This document shows positions 1-9,229 of a stretch of DNA of 44,289 nucleotides, in pieces; positions within the stretch are counted from its first letter, which is position 1, and each line of letters opens with the position of its first letter. Origin of the DNA: Vitreimonas sp. (GTDB lineage Bacteria > Patescibacteriota > Microgenomatia > UBA1400 > PJMF01). Under the pieces are notes generated by a model. It was not told the origin of the DNA. It made no database searches and saw only the letters and a program-made list of their open reading frames with translations. The translations under genes were made by a program, and so were the position numbers. The stretch spans positions 521,269-565,557 of the forward strand of contig DASPLQ010000012.1 of NCBI GenBank assembly GCA_035627515.1, given 5' to 3'.

Positions 1-2250
1 GTTCTCACCTTGGCGGGGAGGTAGGCCATGAATACAAACTTTGCCTGATAAGACATCGGGTGGTTTTTCAGGCCACACTGGCTCTTTACCACGGAGTACA
101 TATGTCATGATGTTATTAAAGATCGGAGCCGCCCCGGTGATACCAGAAACTAAGTAGGGATTCATCGGCGAGCCATCATTGTTGCCTACCCAAGTAATAA
201 CTAAGTACTCAGGTGTGAAGCCCACGGTCCAGTTATCTTTTAAGTCATTGGTAGTGCCGGTTTTGGCACTGACCACCTGATTATCGATTACCAGTTTCGA
301 GCGGGGACCAAAGGCCGCTTGGCGAGCGCTATTATCTTGCATGATGTGAGCTGTTAAGTAGGCCGGTGCCCGATCCATGACCCGCGTTAAGTCACCTTGG
401 GATGGTTCGGCGTCGTACTCAGTCAGGTCAGCTAAATCACGTTTGCGCTCATCAGGGCTGACTTCTTCAATCAGCGTACCTTGATAATCAGTAATTTTGA
501 GGACCGGGGTCAAGGGCACTTTCACGCCTTGATTAGCCACCACGGTGAACGCCTGAGCCAGGTCAATCATCCGGACCTCACCTCCACCCAGAGTCAGTGA
601 TAAGCCGTAGCGAGAAGGATCAAGCCAAGTGGTGATGCCCATTTTGGTGGCTTGGTCGATGAAATTTTCTAAGCCGATTAACTTCAACCCTTTCACGGCC
701 GGAATATTTAACGAGTTACCTAACGATTGGCGAATACTGACTGGGCCTTTAAATGAACCATCATAGTTTTTAGGGCAATACGGTTTTTGACCTGGGACGC
801 TAAAACAAGTCGGGATATCCAGTAAGATTGTGCCTGGGTTGAGCAATTTTTCTTGAAAAGCGGTGGCGTACATGATCGGCTTAATGGACGAACCGGGCTG
901 GCGGAAAGCCAGGGTGACATTGACTTGGCCATCGTCTTCGTTATCAAAATAGTCTTTAGAACCGACCATGGCTAGTATTTCGCCGGTGTTGGGTTTGAGC
1001 ACCAGGGCCGCGCCATTACCTACGTTGTAACGTTCCAATTTAGCAATCTCTGCCGAAACTGAGGCCTGGACAGTATTTTGGAGGGCTAAATCGAGGGTGG
1101 TAGTGACGCGCAAGCCGCCTTTTTCCACGGTTTCGACGCCATATTTTTCATAGAGCCAGTCACGGACATAAAACACGAAGTGGGGAGCTTCAATATCAGT
1201 TTTTTTGAGGGCAAACTTAAGGACTTCTTTTTCCGCTTGGTCAGCTTGTTCTTCAGTAATGTAGTTATCTTCAGCCATGCGGCGCAAAACTTCGGCTTGG
1301 CGAGCTTTGGCTTGAGCAGGATTAGAGCCAAATGGTGAGTAGCGGGAGGGAGCTTGGGGCAAGCCAGCCAGCAGCGCGGCTTCGGCAATCGTTAAGTCTT
1401 TGGCTGATTTATCAAAGTAACTTTTACTAGCTGATTCAATACCGACCGAGGTACCACCATAGGAAATGTAGTTTAAGTACATTTCCAAAATTTCTTCCTT
1501 ACTATAAATAATCTCAGTGAAAATAGCTAACACGCCTTCTTTAGCTTTGCGCTTCAATGATTTTTCGGGGCTTAATAAAGCATTTTTGACTAATTGCTGG
1601 GTGATGGTGGAGCCACCCTCCACTGATTCGCCTTGTAAGTTATTGCGCAGAGCCCGGACGATACCGGTGATATCAAAACCAAAGTGGTTATAGAAGTGTC
1701 GATCCTCAATAGCAATGGCAGCTTGATAAACGTGAGGTGGTAAATCATCGAGTTTAATAGGAATCCGGTGTTCGTCGCCGAAAATTTCATATAACAACGT
1801 CCCGTTGCGGTCAAAAATTTGGGTACTGACTGCAAAGTTGTCTTTACTCGTCAGCCGGCGGGGAGAAGGCAAGTCTCGTAAGATATAGATCAGCCCTACT
1901 AGACTGGTTAGAATTAAGATTAATAATAAGTAGCGAAAATAGCGGTTGGTAAAAGGAAAGAGCAAGATTCGGAGCAGTCTTTTGGCGCCGCTACTGCGTT
2001 TAATGGGTTCACCTGATATAGGTAAGCCATTTTTCTTGGCTTGTTTTTCTTTGAAGTATCGTGACCAGCGTTGGGCATTATCAGTAACGACTTTTTTGAG
2101 TTTTTTAAAGGTGGGCGAAGAGGTCAAGGTGGCTACTGGTTGAGATTCGGCAATAGTTTTAGTGGCTTCGGGAACACTGGTTTTGCCGGTCAGAATACTT
2201 TTGACGGTGATGTTGTTTTTATGGTTGCGACCGGCGTGATTTTGTTTCAT
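1..2250 (-). CDS. Class A penicillin-binding protein (PBP1A-type transglycosylase/transpeptidase); 3' end runs off the window
   Basis: Not in the ORF track because no stop lies in the window. Manual minus-strand translation from ATG 2250 gives transglycosylase motifs (EDRHFYNH, GGSTITQQL, RKLKE) and the transpeptidase SxxK motif (AFRQPGSSIKP, about 880-915). Confidence 0.95.
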   Translation of the reverse strand, partial: MKQNHAGRNHKNNITVKSILTGKTSVPEATKTIAESQPVATLTSSPTFKKLKKVVTDNAQRWSRYFKEKQAKKNGLPISGEPIKRSSGAKRLLRILLFPFTNRYFRYLLLILILTSLVGLIYILRDLPSPRRLTSKDNFAVSTQIFDRNGTLLYEIFGDEHRIPIKLDDLPPHVYQAAIAIEDRHFYNHFGFDITGIVRALRNNLQGESVEGGSTITQQLVKNALLSPEKSLKRKAKEGVLAIFTEIIYSKEEILEMYLNYISYGGTSVGIESASKSYFDKSAKDLTIAEAALLAGLPQAPSRYSPFGSNPAQAKARQAEVLRRMAEDNYITEEQADQAEKEVLKFALKKTDIEAPHFVFYVRDWLYEKYGVETVEKGGLRVTTTLDLALQNTVQASVSAEIAKLERYNVGNGAALVLKPNTGEILAMVGSKDYFDNEDDGQVNVTLAFRQPGSSIKPIMYATAFQEKLLNPGTILLDIPTCFSVPGQKPYCPKNYDGSFKGPVSIRQSLGNSLNIPAVKGLKLIGLENFIDQATKMGITTWLDPSRYGLSLTLGGGEVRMIDLAQAFTVVANQGVKVPLTPVLKITDYQGTLIEEVSPDERKRDLADLTEYDAEPSQGDLTRVMDRAPAYLTAHIMQDNSARQAAFGPRSKLVIDNQVVSAKTGTTNDLKDNWTVGFTPEYLVITWVGNNDGSPMNPYLVSGITGAAPIFNNIMTYVLRGKEPVWPEKPPDVLSGKVCIHGLPPRQGEN

Positions 2251-2285
2251 GCTTAAGCAGAAGCAACATTATCTCGTATAAAGGT

Positions 2286-2828
2286 ATGACTATGCAAGGA
2301 CAGACGACTCAGGGCCGGGTCAGCTTAGCCTGGGTACATTCACTCGAACGCCGTCAGCAGCAGCTGATTCAGCAGAGTTACGATTTATATTATCGCGAAC
2401 TGGAGCTACAGAGTCATTTGAGTGATTATTCATTTGTAGTTTTTCCCATTGCCAAAGCCTATGAGGGTTTTCTGAAAAACTTGTTTTTCCAGATGGGTCT
2501 AATTGATATTTCTACCTATCACAGTCGGAAGTTTCGCATTGGTCGGGCACTGAATCCAGATCTACATGCCCGTCACCGCGATGAACAGTGGTTGTATGAT
2601 GATATTGTGCGGTCATGTGGGGCCGGTTTGGCTCGCTCGTTATGGGCGGCATGGCTGGAGTGTCGCAATCACATTTTCCATTACTTTCCTAATGAGTTAC
2701 ACGGTTTGTCGTTGGAAGCAGTGGAGAAGCGCTTGAGTATGTTAAATGATGCTATGCAACACGCCCAAAGTTGTATGATTGAGTTCAAGGATAAATCACC
2801 AACAAAGCTCGAGGTGAAAAAATTATAG
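2286..2828 (+). CDS. HEPN-domain protein, RnlA/RNase LS C-terminal-like
   Basis: Has FPIAKAYEGFLK and an Rx4H motif RNHIFH (2664-2681). The start may be ATG 2292. Confidence 0.65.
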   Translation: MTMQGQTTQGRVSLAWVHSLERRQQQLIQQSYDLYYRELELQSHLSDYSFVVFPIAKAYEGFLKNLFFQMGLIDISTYHSRKFRIGRALNPDLHARHRDEQWLYDDIVRSCGAGLARSLWAAWLECRNHIFHYFPNELHGLSLEAVEKRLSMLNDAMQHAQSCMIEFKDKSPTKLEVKKL

Positions 2829-2833
2829 GATTC

Positions 2834-2871
2834 TGGTATAATATTCGGATGGAATGCGTAATTAATACGCA
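2834..2871 (+). promoter_or_regulatory. Extended -10 promoter plus downstream palindrome
   Basis: TGgTATAAT at 2834-2842 and TGCGTA-ATTAA-TACGCA at 2855-2871, just before ATG 2878. Confidence 0.55.
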
Positions 2872-2877
2872 CAAAAT

Positions 2878-5800
2878 ATGAATGCTGCTGAAAGTGGATT
2901 ACTCAAGTTAAATAAGCACGAAAGTGCTGTTGATCACGACCAACTGGCGGAGCTGATCTATAAACAAATTACTGGCCATACCGTGAGTGAAGCAGATCAA
3001 CTTCTTGAGAGAACTGATAAAAAGAAGGCTGCTCCTAAACTAGGTTTAAGCAAGTATCTTCTTAAAAAAAACCCTAAATCTGAACCAGAAAAAGTTTCCT
3101 ATGTTTTAAGTGATAAAGGGAAGCAACATACTAAAGACATTGCGTTGTGGTTAGGTAAAGAATACGGTGACAAACTTTCTAAAACAGAAATGTTGGCAGT
3201 GCTGAAGAAGGTACATCAGTTGTCAGTTGGCTCAAGTCATAATGAAAAGAAAGCTTACAAGAAAATTGTGGCTTCGTTGCGGGCACATGTCTTGTTCAAA
3301 AAAACGTTTCCTGAAGCACCACCAGAAGAAATACTTATTACTCAATATACTCCATTAGTAGAAACCTTGGCTTTATTGGCTGACGCTATTTCGCAGCAAG
3401 AATCAACTTTAGGGGTCAGCACAGTGGAGCAGGGCTTTGCTTTCATTGAAGAACAGTTTAAAGGGTACAAGAAAAAGGAAATTCAAGCGGCTTTATACCT
3501 AGCCATTAATCAAGGCAATGGTCGGTTAACAAGTGAGAGATTTAAGATTCTAACCATCTGGAATCAGGCGTTACAGTTTACGAGCAGCAAGGCTTGGAAC
3601 AAAAAAGGGGTGGCTCCCGTTGCATTTAACGATCTTTTAACTGGTTTGAGGGGTATTCAAAAGAAAATTGCCGACCGCCAAGTTATTGTCATTGAACCGA
3701 ATCAGTTTTTGAGCGAATCTAAAGACAAATCATCAGGTTTACGAGAGGGCAAAAAAGCTTGGTTACAAATGCCGGTAGCGTTGCGGGTAGCTTTAGTGAC
3801 GATGTTTGTTGGTTTAGGTATTTTTACCTATGCAGAAATGTCCGATGACGAAGATCACAATGACCGTCCAGCGACTGTAATTGCGCTGAACGAAGATACC
3901 TCTCCGGAAGTGACTGCTTATTATAATCCGGGTGTTGTTGCTCCTAATAAAAGAGAGCCGGATGAAGATAGGAATGAATTACCCCCAGCCACAGTTAATG
4001 CTGAGAGCGTAGGTGACAGCAGTTTAGTTGAGGCTGAGGCCACAGCCGCCTCAGCTGCGTCACATTATGTTGCAGATGGAAGTATGACTGAAGCAGTTAT
4101 GACTTTTACCCCTGCAGCTCCAGCTATCGGAGATGGGTTTGGTATCGGTGGAGGGGGCGTAGTAACTGAGCCACAACCTGCACAGCCAACGGTAAATAAC
4201 GTTATTACTCAACCCTCAGTAGCGAGCCTTAACTATCAGCGCTGGGAAGATGCAGGCGCACCTAGCGGCTCAACACTGGCTACCCCCACTCCAGAATCAC
4301 AAATAGTATTAGTTGAAAACGTGACTCCGATGGCAGAAGGCCCGCGGCAGTTTAATTTCTTACCTTCGGATTACTTACCGGCAAGTGAGGATCTAGAGTT
4401 TGTGAATTCTCCTGAAGCAGTCAATGATCCGGCCCGAATTCAGGAGCTTGGTGGAGATCATACTTTGACAGCTCATAATTTATTTCAAAATATTCTTGGT
4501 AATCAGCGGCTAGCTTTTCCGTTAGGCGGTAGTTATGCCACCTACAACGAGAGCAGCCCCTGGGGTGAATATAATACGATGTATCAACCTAAGTGGTTTG
4601 GTCGACATGATGTTGGCTCAGATATCGTATATGACCACAGCCGGCAAGATAGACATGAAGCTAATTATGGCCAAGTTTTTGCGGCTACCAATATGGTCGT
4701 ATTATTTGATGGTCAGCTTTTCGATCCGGAAAGAGGGGGAGGGCCAAATGGAGTAGTGGGAGTGGTCACAAATGAACAAGGTCAACCTATTCAAGTAGGC
4801 ACCGACACAGAAGGTCGGCCACTTTACCTCTTTCAAGCCTATGCACACATGGCTTCAAACAAAGTAGAAACCGGACAGTTTGTACCTGTTGGTCACAACA
4901 TTGGGGTCTGGGGCAATGAAGGCCTGGCAGATGGAGTGCATTTAGATTTCACAATGGGAATCGGCACGATGAACGCTATAGTTAATCGAGGCTTTATCAA
5001 TGAGTTTGATCATTCAAAGGGCACATGGATTGGTTTTAATGATAAAGAAGATTATTTATTTTTGGCCATTAACCCAGAAAAAATACTTCCCAAAGGTTTA
5101 AATGAACAAGCTTACGGAGCCTTATTGTCAGCTGGATCAGCAACTGAAGATTTTGATGAGAATATTTTAGCTAACAGTGGAGTTAGTTTAGAGCAATTGC
5201 GTTCACAAGAATTAGTAGTGCGTCGAGATATACAGTATGTTCAAGGTGATTATCAGTTAATTGAAAATGAAGTAAATTCCGAAGACTTAGTACCGGGCAG
5301 TTATATTTATGTCCGGTCCACAGAAATCAACTACCCATATGTTTTAAACAATGGTGAGCAGCAACGGTTAACCGATGGAAAGTCAATCAAAGTCAACAGA
5401 GTCTATCGTGTTCAGGTTATTGATCAGCAGACAGGGTTATTGATGCCTGATAATGGGTACTACAACCCTTATGGCAATGGCCATGAAAATGTTTATCTTG
5501 ATTTAAACTCATTTGAAGTTTTGAATCATTTCGAACCGTTGAGTGTGTTTAGTGATACTCAGAACCAGGATAAAGAAATTGTAGTCCTCCAGGATCTTTC
5601 GTCGCCAGAGTTACTATTAATAGAACACGGTGTCATAGTCATGAGGGTTCCGGTTTTTCTAGGAGAAGATCAAACTACCCCTTGGGGAGTGCATTATGTT
5701 AATCAAACTCGGGCTTCAAAGAACATGCCCAGTCAGAATGGGGTTGGTTTTGTGAATTATTTTGGTGGGGGCTTTGGGCTACATGATTCTCCATGGTGGA

Positions 5801-6561
5801 ATTGGCGTGATATTGACCAAGGTGGGTATGGTTCTCATGGATGTGTGAACTTGCCTAGTAAGGACTGGGAAAAAGTATATGTAAACGGTCAAGGTATTAG
5901 TGTTCCTGAGTTTGTTTACCGCTGGATTTCCACTAATATTGATTATGATGAGACCGTCGACGAGCGTGTGGAAGCAGGGCTGACTGAAGAATCACAAGCC
6001 GGCTTTTATACAGGGGAGACTACAGTTAGATTATTTGTGATTGACTCAATTCTAGATTTAAATAAATTTGAACCACTAGGTTCTGCTGAAAGTTACGATA
6101 CGGTTATACAGCAATATGAAAATCTTGAGCATAATCAATGGGTTTTGCCAGTAGTGGGTGAAGCTCCCGATGCAGTAAAGAATTATGAATCTCCTTCTTG
6201 GGCTGTAGGGTTAACCCGAGGTTGGGAAGAAGGTATATCATTTATTGATTGGGCAAATAGCCGAACAGCTCCTAATCGAATTCAAGAGCTACCGGCTTTT
6301 GGTAAGCAAGTTATCCAAGCATACATTTCACATTCGGGTGTTGAAGATAGGGAGTTGCTAACCGAAGCTATCAGCTTTTTTGAGTATGCTTTCCCTGAGG
6401 GAGAGATACCACCTCAGAGAACAGAGCTTCAACAACGGACATTAGATGTACTCTATGGAGGTTATACGACTGATTTAACAACTCTCTGGGCCCCTTCAGT
6501 CGCTCAGGGTAGTCATCAAAGAGTGGCTGCTCCGACCCCCCGTCCTGAACGTCCCCGTTAA
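2878..6561 (+). CDS. 1227-aa single-pass membrane protein with M23-like peptidase and YkuD L,D-transpeptidase domains
   Basis: TM segment VALRVALVTMFVGLGIFTYA. M23-like motifs HDVGSD, YAHM, IGVWGNEG, VHLDF. LDT motif GFGLHDSPWW...GSHGCVNL. Confidence 0.75.
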   Translation: MNAAESGLLKLNKHESAVDHDQLAELIYKQITGHTVSEADQLLERTDKKKAAPKLGLSKYLLKKNPKSEPEKVSYVLSDKGKQHTKDIALWLGKEYGDKLSKTEMLAVLKKVHQLSVGSSHNEKKAYKKIVASLRAHVLFKKTFPEAPPEEILITQYTPLVETLALLADAISQQESTLGVSTVEQGFAFIEEQFKGYKKKEIQAALYLAINQGNGRLTSERFKILTIWNQALQFTSSKAWNKKGVAPVAFNDLLTGLRGIQKKIADRQVIVIEPNQFLSESKDKSSGLREGKKAWLQMPVALRVALVTMFVGLGIFTYAEMSDDEDHNDRPATVIALNEDTSPEVTAYYNPGVVAPNKREPDEDRNELPPATVNAESVGDSSLVEAEATAASAASHYVADGSMTEAVMTFTPAAPAIGDGFGIGGGGVVTEPQPAQPTVNNVITQPSVASLNYQRWEDAGAPSGSTLATPTPESQIVLVENVTPMAEGPRQFNFLPSDYLPASEDLEFVNSPEAVNDPARIQELGGDHTLTAHNLFQNILGNQRLAFPLGGSYATYNESSPWGEYNTMYQPKWFGRHDVGSDIVYDHSRQDRHEANYGQVFAATNMVVLFDGQLFDPERGGGPNGVVGVVTNEQGQPIQVGTDTEGRPLYLFQAYAHMASNKVETGQFVPVGHNIGVWGNEGLADGVHLDFTMGIGTMNAIVNRGFINEFDHSKGTWIGFNDKEDYLFLAINPEKILPKGLNEQAYGALLSAGSATEDFDENILANSGVSLEQLRSQELVVRRDIQYVQGDYQLIENEVNSEDLVPGSYIYVRSTEINYPYVLNNGEQQRLTDGKSIKVNRVYRVQVIDQQTGLLMPDNGYYNPYGNGHENVYLDLNSFEVLNHFEPLSVFSDTQNQDKEIVVLQDLSSPELLLIEHGVIVMRVPVFLGEDQTTPWGVHYVNQTRASKNMPSQNGVGFVNYFGGGFGLHDSPWWNWRDIDQGGYGSHGCVNLPSKDWEKVYVNGQGISVPEFVYRWISTNIDYDETVDERVEAGLTEESQAGFYTGETTVRLFVIDSILDLNKFEPLGSAESYDTVIQQYENLEHNQWVLPVVGEAPDAVKNYESPSWAVGLTRGWEEGISFIDWANSRTAPNRIQELPAFGKQVIQAYISHSGVEDRELLTEAISFFEYAFPEGEIPPQRTELQQRTLDVLYGGYTTDLTTLWAPSVAQGSHQRVAAPTPRPERPR

Positions 6562-6687
6562 GCCAGCATAAATCGCGAAGCCTTTTGGTGTGTAACAGTG
6601 ATATACTACATGCTAAGAAAAGTGCTCTTACTTTTGGATTAAAAAAAAATTAGAATAAAGCAATCTACTTGGCAGAAAGGCTCGCCC

Positions 6688-7323
6688 ATGTCTCTTGTCA
6701 CTCCTACTCCGTTATATCGCAATATTACCATTGCTGGTTTACCAGGATCAGGCTCGACGACGTTATTGAAAGGTTTGAAGGAAGAGTTGCAGTTCCAGGG
6801 CTGGAAGGGTTTTAGTGGCGGTGAGTTTATGCGTACCTATGCCGCTGAAAAAGGCCTCTATGATGCTTCACAGAACTTACACCATGACGCCACAGTCTAT
6901 ACCGATGATTTTGACCGCCAAGTCGATTTGGGAATGCGTGAGAAGCTGGAAACAGAAGAGAGTTGGATTTTAGAAGCTTGGTTATCTGGATTCATGGCTC
7001 AAAATGTGCCAGGAGTCTTAAAAGTGTTGATGATTTGTAGTGATGACGCTGTGCGGATTGACCGAATTGTAAATCGCGACGTGATCGATGTAGACGAAGC
7101 TAAAAAACATATTCATGAACGCAAAGAGAAAAACCTGGCTAAATGGAGCCGGATGTACGGCGATTTATGGCAAGAATGGGTCGTCAAGCCTGGCAAAGTG
7201 TCTGCCAGTGATCCAATTGATTTTTGGCGCCCAGATCTGTACGATTTAGTGATAGACACGTTTTCCACTAATAAACAGGAAACGTTGCAACTAGTCGTAG
7301 ATGCCATCAAAAAGACGTCTTAA
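6688..7323 (+). CDS. cmk: Cytidylate kinase, archaeal/CPR type (nucleoside monophosphate kinase family)
   Basis: N-terminal ITIAGLPGSGSTT P-loop, SGGEFMR, D..VD, ILEAWLSG and C-terminal YDLVIDT. Confidence 0.75.
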   Translation: MSLVTPTPLYRNITIAGLPGSGSTTLLKGLKEELQFQGWKGFSGGEFMRTYAAEKGLYDASQNLHHDATVYTDDFDRQVDLGMREKLETEESWILEAWLSGFMAQNVPGVLKVLMICSDDAVRIDRIVNRDVIDVDEAKKHIHERKEKNLAKWSRMYGDLWQEWVVKPGKVSASDPIDFWRPDLYDLVIDTFSTNKQETLQLVVDAIKKTS

Positions 7324-8017
7324 ATCAGCACTGCCTTCGCAACGGGTTTCACACCCCGGTGCTCACTCCCAACGTCACATTGCTTTTTTCCCGTTACTTA
7401 CGCTGTGTTTTATTGTCTGGATGATTTATCGGCTACGGTTGGGTTTTCCGGTGTGGTTTGATGAAACAGTGGGTAAAGCCGTCTTTTTTGGTTTGCCAGT
7501 TTGGTTATATGTAGCCATTAGCCAGACAAAAGCCATTATTGATACCTTTAGCGTGGCTAAGGTAAAACGCGGCTTGTTGCTTGGTTTGGCAGTCGGTGGA
7601 CTGTACGGGTTTATGGCTGCAGTTGTGGTTTTGGCTCAAAGTGGCGCTCCAGTCCAAGCCGCACCTCTGTTTGCTCTGGATGAGTTTTGGTGGCAGTTCT
7701 TCTTGGCGCTGATGACGGGCTTTTGGGAAACCTTGTTCTTTTACTGTTGGGTGATGGTGGTCATCCAAGAAAAATTTGTGAACTGGGCACTAGCCAAACA
7801 AGTTGGGTTGGTAGCACTGATCTTTACGCTGTTTCATATTCCTAATGCTGTGATTCGCTATCAAGGCATAGAAATTTTGGCTCAAATTACTGTTTTGTTT
7901 TTATTTGCTCTCGGTCAAGGCTTTGTGTTTGCTCGTCGCCACAATGCTTATACTTTGATTTTGTCTCATGCCATTTGGGGCATGGTGTTATTGGTGCATT
8001 TGAGTAGTTTTAGATAA
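7301..8017 (+). CDS. CPBP/Abi (CAAX-like) intramembrane protease family protein; start uncertain
   Basis: Multi-TM protein with FWETLFF, FTLFHIP and SHAIWG motifs. The listed start overlaps cmk by 23 nt. Confidence 0.7.
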   Translation: MPSKRRLKSALPSQRVSHPGAHSQRHIAFFPLLTLCFIVWMIYRLRLGFPVWFDETVGKAVFFGLPVWLYVAISQTKAIIDTFSVAKVKRGLLLGLAVGGLYGFMAAVVVLAQSGAPVQAAPLFALDEFWWQFFLALMTGFWETLFFYCWVMVVIQEKFVNWALAKQVGLVALIFTLFHIPNAVIRYQGIEILAQITVLFLFALGQGFVFARRHNAYTLILSHAIWGMVLLVHLSSFR

Positions 8018-8331
8018 ATTTCCTCGGGCGTTTTATTTCTCTGTAAGGTGTTTTATTTTTTTGCGGCGTATAGTTTTTTGCCAATAGGTTGGTGGAGGTA
8101 TGTCCGCGAATGGTCTCAAAAAGCTGGTGGCATAAATAGTGCACGATCGTGGCACAAATATGCCACTGTAAAAAAGAGTGCTGTGAGAAAGGGTATCCAA
8201 CGAGAGATGGAGAGATGAAAATAACGGCGCCTCTTTGACACCTTTTTATTATTTTCTTAAAGGTGATGACAAGCTCACCTAATCACCATCACTACAGAAG
8301 TTCCCCTGGACACACGTCATTGAAATGCAAC

Positions 8332-9144
8332 CTACTCTAAGAAGGCCCATCGATAAGCTAAATAGCTTAGACCACCTAAGCCAATTAACCCCATCACCCA
8401 GATCCACCACGGCCACTCAGTTACTTGATGAGCTACGGCTGCAGTAGAAGCAGCAGAAGTGCCAACAGGGGTGCTGGTTGGTGATAAAACGATGTTTTCT
8501 TCACCTAAAATTTCTCCAGTTTCGCTTTCAGAGTTGAGGGAGGTAGTAGTGGCTGTGGTTCTAACGAGCTGATTGGTTCCACCTGCAAGTGGAGTAGGGC
8601 TGGTTGTCAGCTGCGGAGTTGAACTAGGCGAAGAGGAGGAGGTCGGTGAAGAACTGGCAGCCGGACTTGAGTTATTAGCTGGCGTAGGAGACGGGGTTGG
8701 CGAAGGACTAGGTGACGCTGTCGTTGCGGGCACCAAAAATACATCTAAATGTACTAAATCCTGGCACTTGCCCGCTTCACTGCCGGTTTGCCAAGTTGGT
8801 ACTTCATACCTAGTACTATGACGAGTGACAGTAACTGCTGTGGTACCGACGCCACTGAGTTGATAACAGTCATCTTTATAATCATGAGTACTGTAATCAT
8901 GCTCGAGGCTGCCATCACTATTGCGATACGCAAAACAGACTTTAGTAATTTTTCTGCCGTCAGACTGAATATAGCTTTGTCGATTGCTGTCACCCCCGTT
9001 GATATTGGCCACGGTCGGGGTATCAACTGGAGGTCCGCATGGCCCATTGGCAGGGCCACCTACCGCCAACAGAGTGGGTGGTGATATATATAGCACCATT
9101 TGTGTATAAAGGATAAGCATGGTAATAAGGTTCTTATATGTCAT
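8332..9144 (-). CDS. Surface protein with signal peptide, Cys-containing domain, Pro/Ser/Thr linker and C-terminal TM anchor
   Basis: Hydrophobic N-terminus, (SP/TP)n stretch and C-terminal WPWWIWVMGLIGLGGLSYLAYR. TGtTATACT lies 12 nt upstream on the minus strand. Confidence 0.75.
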   Translation of the reverse strand: MTYKNLITMLILYTQMVLYISPPTLLAVGGPANGPCGPPVDTPTVANINGGDSNRQSYIQSDGRKITKVCFAYRNSDGSLEHDYSTHDYKDDCYQLSGVGTTAVTVTRHSTRYEVPTWQTGSEAGKCQDLVHLDVFLVPATTASPSPSPTPSPTPANNSSPAASSSPTSSSSPSSTPQLTTSPTPLAGGTNQLVRTTATTTSLNSESETGEILGEENIVLSPTSTPVGTSAASTAAVAHQVTEWPWWIWVMGLIGLGGLSYLAYRWAFLE

Positions 9145-9229
9145 AGAATTTGGCCAGTATAACAGTCAAAAATTAAGTTTCCAAATTTAAGATTTTTTTA
9201 ATTTTGACTGTTTATAGTACGTTTTAACA

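Noticed and set aside
720-2256. Short ORFs listed in the track (720-947, 1086-1388, 1590-1835, 1946-2143, 2071-2256)
   Set aside because: All overlap the PBP1A gene, which the track missed because its stop lies outside the window.
8100-8135. 11-codon ORF after GGAGG
   Set aside because: The Shine-Dalgarno sequence is only 1 nt from the ATG, too close for initiation.
8149-8166. sigma54 promoter TGGCAC...TGC
   Set aside because: The GG-to-GC spacing is one base short of the -24/-12 consensus, and the site is a dyad.
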